A stretch of 64,000 bases of DNA from a virus. Where the stretch lies: IMG/VR virus record IMGVR_UViG_3300047319_001547, positions 31,061 through 95,060 of that record; one strand, 5' to 3'. The notes under the pieces were generated by a model. That model had not been told where the DNA came from. It made no database searches and was given only the letters and a program-made list of their open reading frames with translations. The position numbers and the translations under genes are program-made. Positions 56,923 through 64,000 of the stretch are shown piece after piece; positions within the stretch are counted from its first letter, which is position 1; every line of letters starts with the position of its first letter.

Positions 56923-58257
56923 ATGAACACCGGAGCGCCCCGCGGGGGCATGAACATCGACCAGTTCCTCGGTCACTCGAGCAGAGGTCGCAAGCAGAAG
57001 ATGCTGGGTGACTGGAAGGACACGCCCGAGCACTCCATCATCGTGTGGCTTCACACCAACGCGTCCATTCTGGCGCTCTGGCGCCACAACTGGAAGCGCA
57101 TCAACGTCTGGGAGGATCGTCAGACGCGCGCCGTCACGCGGTCCGTCTGGGTCGACCGCATCGTCTGCTACGAGCACGAGGAGAATCTGAAGGTTCAGAA
57201 CTTCCGCGACAAGACGACGGGCGCGCGCGAGTATCCGCCGGTCCTCTGCCCTCACTGCAAGATGATCGAGCACTTCCGCGGGATGGTGGGACGCAGCGAG
57301 CTCAATTGGTGCGCGCCGGTGTTCGGCTTCCAAGGAGACGACCCGGCGAAGCACGAGACGATCCACGCGGGCGGTCTCTGGAACGCATTCGGAGACAAGA
57401 ACCTGACGGCCGTCCAGAAGGCCGAGATGGCGGCGGTGCTCCCGAAGGACGGCGGCCCCATCTACTCGAAGAACGCCTGGAAGGAGAATCAGAAGGCCAA
57501 GCTGGAATACGCCTTCACGGTCGTGGTGGACGCGAAGCCGGAGGACGGAATCCAGATCACCGTCGGGCCGAACGATCTGGGCCAGAAGGTCCAGGAGGTG
57601 ATCGCCAAGAGCATGAAGGAGCTCGGGCGCGAGGACGGCAACCCTGCAATCCATCCATTCGCGATCCAGTGGGAATACAACCCCGCAGACGGCGTCGAGT
57701 TCGGCAAGCGATACGACGCGACTCGCATGGGGAAGATCCGTCTCCGTCCGGCGATCGAGAAGCTGATACGCGTCGACGAGCCGCCGAGCCTCGTGCAGCT
57801 CGCCGAGCCGTTCAATCTCCAGACACACCGCGCCAACCTGGAGCGCCACTGCCTCGTGAAGGGGATCCCCTGGGATTCATTCTTCGAGGCGGCCCGCGGC
57901 GCTGCTGTGCAGGTTCCGATCAACATTGATTCGGGAAGACTGACGGCCGAAACCCCGCGCAGAGATCCAGAGCAAGTTGCTCTAGTCGGAGCGCTGTCGG
58001 ACGCGGCTGAACCCGAAGTCGTCGACGCCGATGGCAATCCGTTGTTCGGTTGCGACACCAAGGACTGCAAGGGCGTGATGCGCGCGACCGACACGGAGTG
58101 CCCGGCGTGCCATCGCTCCTACAAGGTTGCGGCCGCCGCACCGCCGCCCGCCCCAGCGCTTCCGAAGCGCTCCGAAGTCATGGCACGCGCAGTTGAACCT
58201 CAGCCTGCAGCGCCCACGACATCTCCCCCCGTCGAAGACGACGACATCCCATTCTGA
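56923..58257 (+). CDS. Single-stranded DNA-binding protein (gp32-like)
   Basis: C...CPHC; C-terminal EDDDIPF; directly before RecA. Confidence 0.65.
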   Translation: MNTGAPRGGMNIDQFLGHSSRGRKQKMLGDWKDTPEHSIIVWLHTNASILALWRHNWKRINVWEDRQTRAVTRSVWVDRIVCYEHEENLKVQNFRDKTTGAREYPPVLCPHCKMIEHFRGMVGRSELNWCAPVFGFQGDDPAKHETIHAGGLWNAFGDKNLTAVQKAEMAAVLPKDGGPIYSKNAWKENQKAKLEYAFTVVVDAKPEDGIQITVGPNDLGQKVQEVIAKSMKELGREDGNPAIHPFAIQWEYNPADGVEFGKRYDATRMGKIRLRPAIEKLIRVDEPPSLVQLAEPFNLQTHRANLERHCLVKGIPWDSFFEAARGAAVQVPINIDSGRLTAETPRRDPEQVALVGALSDAAEPEVVDADGNPLFGCDTKDCKGVMRATDTECPACHRSYKVAAAAPPPAPALPKRSEVMARAVEPQPAAPTTSPPVEDDDIPF

Positions 58258-59420
58258 TGGCGCGCCGCAAGCCTGCAGCAGATGAGAGCGCGGCCGACTT
58301 CGCGCCCGAGCTTCCCCCGAAGCATCCGGGCGCGAAGATCTTCGCCGACATCGCGGCGTCGACCGAGAGCTTCCGGCCGGCGCGCGAGACGCTGAAGAGG
58401 GTCCGGGCCGTCCCGACGATCTTCCCGGACGTCGACCGCAAGACGCGGGTGGGCGGCTGGCCGATCGAGCGCGTGTCTCTCGTCCACGGCCCGAGTGCGG
58501 CCGGCAAGACGCTGCTGTGCCACGGTGTCGGGCTGTCGTTCCTTCAGCGCGGCCACATGTACAACTTCGTCGACGCCGAGCTGACCACCCCCATCACGTG
58601 GCTAGAGCAGCTGTTCGGCCCGCACGCCGACTCGAGCGCCTTCCTGGCGAGCCGCCCCACCACATACGAGCAGGCGGTCGACGACATCCGGAAGGTCGCG
58701 GAGGGGCTGGCGGAGGCGCGCGAGAAGGAGCGGGTGCCGCCCCACACGAGCGCGCTGTTCGTCGTCGACTCGATCCGCAAGCTGGTCCCGAAGGACCTGA
58801 TGAAGCGCATTGAGAAGATGGGTGCGACGGGCGACAAGGGGAGCGTCGACGGCTACGGGGGCGGGGCGGCGCGCCTGAAGGCCAACCTGAACGCGTCGTG
58901 GCTCGACGAGCTCGGGCCGCTCATGTACCGGACCGGCTGCGCCATCATACTGGTGGGGCGCGAGTCGGACGACGCGACCGCGAGCGCGCGCGACCGACAG
59001 TTCGGCAGCGACTGGAAGCTGACGGGCGGCAAGGCGCTGTTCTTCGACAGCTCGCTGGTGGTGCGGGTCTCGCTCGCCGGCAAGGTGAAGGACGGCGCGG
59101 GTGAGGACGCGAAGATCGTCGGAGAGCGCCACCTGGTGGAGATCCACAAGACGAAGGTCAGCGAGAAGCAGGACCGCGTCGAGAAGGCGTATTTCCACAC
59201 GACCGCGCGAGGGTTCGACCGCGCGCGCGACATCCTGCGGATCGCCGACGAGCTGGGGGTCATCAAGAAGTCCGGCACGTGGCTGACGTTCGACGGCCAC
59301 CGCTGGCAGGGCGAGGCGCGGTTCGCCGAGAAGGCAGATGAAGAAGTGCTGGACGCGATCGAGGCGTCGTGCCGGGCCAAGTTCGACGACGAGGCGAAGC
59401 AGCTAGCGGACCATGTCTGA
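58257..59420 (+). CDS. recA: RecA/UvsX recombinase
   Basis: GGWP, GPSAAGKT, FVDAE, VVDSI, GGKALFF. Confidence 0.9.
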   Translation: MARRKPAADESAADFAPELPPKHPGAKIFADIAASTESFRPARETLKRVRAVPTIFPDVDRKTRVGGWPIERVSLVHGPSAAGKTLLCHGVGLSFLQRGHMYNFVDAELTTPITWLEQLFGPHADSSAFLASRPTTYEQAVDDIRKVAEGLAEAREKERVPPHTSALFVVDSIRKLVPKDLMKRIEKMGATGDKGSVDGYGGGAARLKANLNASWLDELGPLMYRTGCAIILVGRESDDATASARDRQFGSDWKLTGGKALFFDSSLVVRVSLAGKVKDGAGEDAKIVGERHLVEIHKTKVSEKQDRVEKAYFHTTARGFDRARDILRIADELGVIKKSGTWLTFDGHRWQGEARFAEKADEEVLDAIEASCRAKFDDEAKQLADHV

Positions 59421-59428
59421 GACGCGCG

Positions 59429-59821
59429 ATGTTCACGATAGAACGCTGCCTGCCGCACCCTCTCTGCGAGGCTGAATTCCTCGTCGTCGATGAAGTTCGG
59501 CGTCTCCTCCCGGGGGCCACCGTCGAATTCCAAACAATGATTTCGCCGACCATGCTGTTCGACGTCGGCGTGATGCGCGTTCGCAAGGGAACGAAGATTC
59601 TGGAGATCTCTCTGGCGCTCGACGGGTTGGCTCACGCGGACGACTTCGGCGCCGGCATGATCGATCTCATTCTGAAGACGTTCCGAGACGCGGTTGTGCA
59701 CCTGCTGTTTCCGACATTCCGGATCGGCCGCGCTGCTCCGCGCCATCTGAAGCCCGCCATCCTGGATCGTCCGGAGGCGAAACCCTGGAGGAAGTTTCGA
59801 TGCTCCCGATTCTTCTGCTGA
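59429..59821 (+). CDS. Hypothetical protein
   Basis: ORF filling the operon. Confidence 0.45.
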   Translation: MFTIERCLPHPLCEAEFLVVDEVRRLLPGATVEFQTMISPTMLFDVGVMRVRKGTKILEISLALDGLAHADDFGAGMIDLILKTFRDAVVHLLFPTFRIGRAAPRHLKPAILDRPEAKPWRKFRCSRFFC

Positions 59822-60228
59822 TCGCGTCGTGGCTTCACCCAGGAGCTGAGACGCGCCACCGCGCCTTTCTGGAGACGGTCGCAAAGTCATCACCCAGTGA
59901 GGAGATCGCCGCCGAGGAGCTCGTGTTCGCCGAGCACGAGAGCCGGTTCGGCGACGCGCTGAACGGCGTCCACTGGGACCCGGAGGCTCACGGGATCCTG
60001 CAGATACGCGGCTGGGGGAGTCGGTTGGATCGCGACGAGGTGGCGAGCGCACGCGCGTGGCTTCAGATCCGCGCCAAGGCAGCGAAGGCGTGCGGTGAAG
60101 AGAGCGCGCTCGCGGGGCTGTCGTCCGGCCACTGCGACCGTGCGATCCAGCTTGCGGGAGAACGCGCCGCGGAGGCGCGCTGGCTTCTGGGAATTGCTCG
60201 ACTGGTGCAAAGATGCCGAGGCCGTTGA
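59800..60228 (+). CDS. Lytic transglycosylase/lysozyme-like protein with hydrophobic N-terminus
   Basis: EHESRF and AHGILQI resemble SLT motifs I and II. Confidence 0.5.
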   Translation: MLPILLLIASWLHPGAETRHRAFLETVAKSSPSEEIAAEELVFAEHESRFGDALNGVHWDPEAHGILQIRGWGSRLDRDEVASARAWLQIRAKAAKACGEESALAGLSSGHCDRAIQLAGERAAEARWLLGIARLVQRCRGR

Positions 60229-60890
60229 CCGGTACCGTTCGCTACGACGTCAAAAAAGGGGCGTATCAGTATAAGCTGACGCTTCCAGACGGAAGCAGAA
60301 CGCCCTGGATCGCCGTAACTCCAACGGCGAGGAGCGCGATTGCCGAGGCACGAGTTCGCGAGGTGGCTCTAGAGGCATCACAATTGGCGCATCAGACGTG
60401 TGCGTGTAGAGCGGAATTTCTCGTCGAGAAATCTGTAGCGCCCGACGATTTGATTGACGTTGGTCCGCCGATCCAAAACTTTCGTTGTCCATTTATTCGG
60501 GATCCGGCTGTCCAAAAGAAAGAACGCATCAAGCAACTCAAAGAAAAGTTCGCGGTTAGAGTTTGGGCAAAAGAAGCGATTCGGTCTGCGAGACGACGAG
60601 CGGTCAAAAGAGGCTTAGATTTCGATCTCGATGAGTGTTGGCTCATCGGTAAGTTGGCGATGATTTCAACAAGGTGCCCCGCGCTAGGCACGCTCTTGAA
60701 ATTTTCTGCCAAAGGGTATGATCCGTCGTCGGCTAGCCTCGATCGAATTTTGCCAAATCTGGGATACGTAAAGGGAAACGTCGAGATTATTTCGCGAAGA
60801 GCGAATACAATAAAAAACGACGCAACCCCAGAGGAACTAGTGCGAATTGCTCGTTGGGTATCTCGCGCGCGCGGCAACGGAAGTCCGTGA
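60213..60890 (+). CDS. HNH-family endonuclease (lower GC)
   Basis: CPALG...SASLDRILPNLGYVKGNVEIISRRANTIKND. Confidence 0.75.
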   Translation: MPRPLTGTVRYDVKKGAYQYKLTLPDGSRTPWIAVTPTARSAIAEARVREVALEASQLAHQTCACRAEFLVEKSVAPDDLIDVGPPIQNFRCPFIRDPAVQKKERIKQLKEKFAVRVWAKEAIRSARRRAVKRGLDFDLDECWLIGKLAMISTRCPALGTLLKFSAKGYDPSSASLDRILPNLGYVKGNVEIISRRANTIKNDATPEELVRIARWVSRARGNGSP

Positions 60891-61621
60891 GCCGAATCGT
60901 CAATTCGTCCGACTGGCATACAGACGCCGCAACGTACGGCGTCCAGCGATTCCAGGACGTCGGCGACGCGGTACGGCAGACGGTGCGCGCTGCGATTGCC
61001 GAGAAGGCGGATCTGTATCTGTTCACCGGCGATCTCTGCGATCCGGACGACGGGCCGTGGGCTCTGCAGAGCATCGGGTTCATCATCTCGGTGGCGGTCG
61101 AACTGTCGCGCCACGGGATCCCCTTCTGGGCGATCGCCGGCAATCACGACGTCATCGACGACGGGACGGGACGGACGACGCTGACGCCGCTGCGCGACAT
61201 CGGGCTTCCGGAGGTGAGGGTGTTCGAGCAGCCGGAGATCGCCACCATCCCCGGCAAGTCGAAGTTCGACCCCGACCATCGGCCGGTTCAGATGCTGGCG
61301 CTGCCCTTCACCGCGACGTCGCACTCGTACGACCCCACGATGGCAGTCGAGATGGCGGCCGACCGGCTGGGGATGCGGGCAGTCGTGGCGGGCCACATGA
61401 CGAGCCTCGAGAGCGTGCGGGAGGGCGAGGAGACGACCGAGATGCCGAGGGGCCGCTCGATGAGGTTCCCGATCGAGAGCTGCCGGCCCGGATGGCTGAA
61501 GATAAACGGCCACTGGCACGAGCGTCAGGTCTGCAACGGCGTCCACATCCCGGGGTCGGTCGCGCGCCTGTCGTTCGGCGAGGAGCGCAACACGCCCGGC
61601 TACCTCGTCTTGGAGATCTGA
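60887..61621 (+). CDS. sbcD: SbcD/Mre11-like nuclease domain
   Basis: SDWH, TGDLCD, GNHD, GHWH, PGS...SFGE. Confidence 0.85.
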   Translation: MSRIVNSSDWHTDAATYGVQRFQDVGDAVRQTVRAAIAEKADLYLFTGDLCDPDDGPWALQSIGFIISVAVELSRHGIPFWAIAGNHDVIDDGTGRTTLTPLRDIGLPEVRVFEQPEIATIPGKSKFDPDHRPVQMLALPFTATSHSYDPTMAVEMAADRLGMRAVVAGHMTSLESVREGEETTEMPRGRSMRFPIESCRPGWLKINGHWHERQVCNGVHIPGSVARLSFGEERNTPGYLVLEI

Positions 61622-62085
61622 TGGCGCGCCGCAAGCAGCCTGAAACGAAACGTCGACAGTTGGCCGCAAGTGCCGACGGTTTGGAACTCGAGTTCCAGGT
61701 CGACGTGAGGGAGCTGGAGGGCGACCGGCCGCTGGTCAGGATCGCCGCCGACGATCAGATCTGGCAGACCGTTCTGCTGCACGACGCGTGGGACTCGACG
61801 CTCGACCCCGCACTGAAGGGCGCGATCGTGCGCATCGATCCGCCGATCGACTGCGACGAAGCGGTGATCGACACCGTCCAGTCCTGCTGCGAGCGAGCAG
61901 GAGCACTGGCGGTCCGAGCGTCGCCCCGCCGGCGCAGCAGGACGCTGACCGATCAGCCGGCGCGCCAGAAGGCGCACCACCGCGCGCGGGAGGTCGTCTG
62001 CGAGCTGGTGGCGGCCGCGAACGTCGAGGACCAAGCCGCGCTGGCGGCATTCTGCGAAACCGTGATGGCCCGTGTCGGGCTCTGA
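61621..62085 (+). CDS. Probable separately encoded SbcD C-terminal domain
   Basis: TGATG coupling; GAIVRI...GALAV; lies between sbcD and sbcC. Confidence 0.5.
   Translation: MARRKQPETKRRQLAASADGLELEFQVDVRELEGDRPLVRIAADDQIWQTVLLHDAWDSTLDPALKGAIVRIDPPIDCDEAVIDTVQSCCERAGALAVRASPRRRSRTLTDQPARQKAHHRAREVVCELVAAANVEDQAALAAFCETVMARVGL
61682..61697. repeat. Palindrome copy 14 (intragenic, LELEFQ)
   Basis: Exact match. Confidence 0.97.
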
Positions 62086-62095
62086 GGAGGACGAG

Positions 62096-62332
62096 ATGGA
62101 AGAACCGAAGGCAGTGCTGCCCAAGAAGGCGCGAGGGTTCGCGGCGCTGACGCCGCAGCACCTGGCGGAGATCTCTCAGATGGGGGGCCGGACCGCGCAC
62201 GCGATCGGGCGCGCCCACCAGTTCACGCCCGAGGAGGCGCGCGAGGCGGGCCGCAAGGGCGGGAAGACGACTCACGAGCGCCGCCGTCAGAGCAGCGAAG
62301 ACAAGCGCCCGACTCTTCGTCCCGTCGGCTAG
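62096..62332 (+). CDS. KGG-motif general stress protein
   Basis: RGFAAL...EISQMGG..AH..GRAHQFTPEEAREAGRKGG. Confidence 0.8.
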   Translation: MEEPKAVLPKKARGFAALTPQHLAEISQMGGRTAHAIGRAHQFTPEEAREAGRKGGKTTHERRRQSSEDKRPTLRPVG

Positions 62333-62336
62333 TCTA

Positions 62337-64000
62337 ATGCTGCTCACGATCGCCAAGCTGAGGACGCGGGCCTGGAAGCCCTACCGAGATGAGCAGGAGC
62401 TCGTGCTGCGTCCGACCGTCTACGCGATCGCCGCGCGTCACGAGCATGACCGGGACCGAAGCAACTGGCTCGGCAAGAGCTCTCTCCCAGAGGCGATCGA
62501 CTACGCGCTCTGGGGAAGGCTCACCAAGTCGGTGCGTCGCAAGGTCGACTGGATCACCGAGGGTGAGAAGTCGGGCGAGGTCGAGACGACGCTGTCAGAC
62601 GGCAGCCGGATCGTCAGGCAGCTGGGGCGTCACGGGTCGGAGAAGCTCTGGCTGTTCCCGCCCAATGCCGGGGCGGACGGCGTTCTGCACCAAGAGAAGG
62701 CGCAGGAGGCGATCGAGCGGCTGGTCGGGATGACGAAGGAAGACTTCCTGACGGTCGCGTACTTTCAGCAGCGCCAGATGGCGCGCCTGATCCTCTGCGA
62801 CCCCGGGCCCCGGATGGATCTGGTGGCGGGCTGGATACGGCTCGGGCCCCTTCAGGAGTGCGAGGAGCAGTCGAGCGCCGCGCTGTCGGAGCTGACGCGC
62901 CGCCGCGACGAGGAGACGACGCGCGCCGCGATGGCGCGAAGGACGATCGCGGACGCGCTGGCGCGCGAGAACATGCCGGACGTCGAGACGCTCAGGACCG
63001 CCGTCACGTTCTCGATGGGGTTCGTCGGCAAAGAACGAGAGTCGATTACTCGCATGCGCGCTGAGTGCGCGGCGACGACGCGGCGTCGGGCGCACGAACC
63101 CCACGCGCGCCGGTTCGAGGCGGTCGTCGAGGAGGGCAAGCGTCTGGCGGTTGAGAGAATCAGTCCGCCCAACCCGGCGGAAGTCGCGGCCGCCAAGAGT
63201 CAGCTTCAGGGAACGAGTTCTGCGAAGGGGGTGGCGGATCGGGATCTGGGCGCGCGCGTTCGGCTCGCCACCGGCAGGTTCGACGGCGCGTGCCCGCTCG
63301 TCGGCGAACCCTGCCCGTCCCGGGAGTTCGTGACGGGCGGGAAGGCGCGCAACGAAGCTCTGAGACTCGCGGCGGAGGACGGCGCCCAGCAGGCAACCGA
63401 GAAGTTCGAGATTTCCCGCAATTGGAACACAGAGCTCCAGAATCGAGTCGTGCGGGCCGCCCAGGACGAGAGGCGGCTCCAGGAGCTCCGCGACGAGGCG
63501 AGGCGTCTCAAGCCCGCCTGGGAGCTCTGGAGGGCCACCAAGGACGACCCGGAGGCGGCCGACCGTCTGGCGATCGCCGAGAAGGCGCTGCGGGACGCCG
63601 AGCAGCTGCACTTTCAGCGTCAGGCCGCCCTGCAGACTATCGAGCAGCAGGAGGATTGGATCAGGGATGCCGAAGAGAAGATCGCCCAGCTGGACGCCGG
63701 CGCTAAGGTGGCGAGCGCGGCCGCGACCGTGTTCGGCAAGATGGGGGCCCAGAGGGTCATCGCCGAGGGGGTGCTGGGCGACATCGAGGGGCGCGCGTCT
63801 GAGACGTTCGGGCGCTGCGGGATCGAGCTCGGCGTCAAGATGGTGTGGAGCCGCGAGGGAGACGGGATGGCGTCCGCCTGCGGGGCGTGCGGCCAGGGAC
63901 TGCCGGCCAGTCAGAAGGTCCGTGAGTGCCCGCGATGCGGCGCCGCGCGGGGCCCGAAGCTGGTCAACAAGCTCGACTTCGAAGTGTCGGACCGGAGCGG
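62337..64000 (+). CDS. sbcC: SbcC/Rad50-like ATPase (partial; absent from ORF track)
   Basis: Hand translation: SNWLGKSS..EAI.YALWG, YFQQ, coiled coil, CPLVGEPC hook-like motif. Confidence 0.8.
   Translation, partial: MLLTIAKLRTRAWKPYRDEQELVLRPTVYAIAARHEHDRDRSNWLGKSSLPEAIDYALWGRLTKSVRRKVDWITEGEKSGEVETTLSDGSRIVRQLGRHGSEKLWLFPPNAGADGVLHQEKAQEAIERLVGMTKEDFLTVAYFQQRQMARLILCDPGPRMDLVAGWIRLGPLQECEEQSSAALSELTRRRDEETTRAAMARRTIADALARENMPDVETLRTAVTFSMGFVGKERESITRMRAECAATTRRRAHEPHARRFEAVVEEGKRLAVERISPPNPAEVAAAKSQLQGTSSAKGVADRDLGARVRLATGRFDGACPLVGEPCPSREFVTGGKARNEALRLAAEDGAQQATEKFEISRNWNTELQNRVVRAAQDERRLQELRDEARRLKPAWELWRATKDDPEAADRLAIAEKALRDAEQLHFQRQAALQTIEQQEDWIRDAEEKIAQLDAGAKVASAAATVFGKMGAQRVIAEGVLGDIEGRASETFGRCGIELGVKMVWSREGDGMASACGACGQGLPASQKVRECPRCGAARGPKLVNKLDFEVSDRS

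Noticed and set aside
4208-61697. Palindrome as a CRISPR repeat, REP/MITE or attachment site
   Set aside because: Copies are kilobases apart with no spacers, no cas genes, no shared sequence beyond about 18 bp, no consistent target duplications and no integrase in the window.
63423-63439. TGGAACACAGAGCTCCA as a 15th copy
   Set aside because: It needs an insertion plus mismatches, so it could be chance.
1-64000. Host assignment to myxobacteria
   Set aside because: High GC, Cys-rich lipoproteins and the KGG gene are suggestive only; this cannot be established without searches.

Overview
This is a 64-kb, high-GC (roughly 68-70% by eye) segment of a contractile-tailed (myovirus-like) phage or prophage, almost entirely on the + strand. 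About 0.6-39 kb is the virion module: fibre/BppU-like genes, a papain-like protease, portal, MuF, scaffold, major capsid, neck, sheath, tube, a tail chaperone with a -1 frameshift, tape measure, baseplate, fibre and holin-like genes. It is interrupted by an HNH gene and small antisense cassettes, one carrying an RNA ligase and a HicB-like gene. About 39.3-64 kb is a replication/recombination module: two SF2 helicases, DnaB, primase, UvrD, a sigma-like factor, family B polymerase, UvsY-like, SSB, RecA, split SbcD and SbcC. No terminase, integrase, tRNA or CRISPR array was seen. The standout signal is a perfect 16-bp palindrome, TGGAACTCGAGTTCCA (18-bp consensus YTGGAACTCGAGTTCCAR), found 14 times at a mean spacing of about 4.4 kb. 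All 8 copies in the virion module are intergenic, several overlapping sigma70-like promoters. All 6 in the replication module lie inside genes and use all three reading frames. This points to a genome-wide protein-binding-site system of unknown function. All product calls come from motif recognition and gene order, not database searches.
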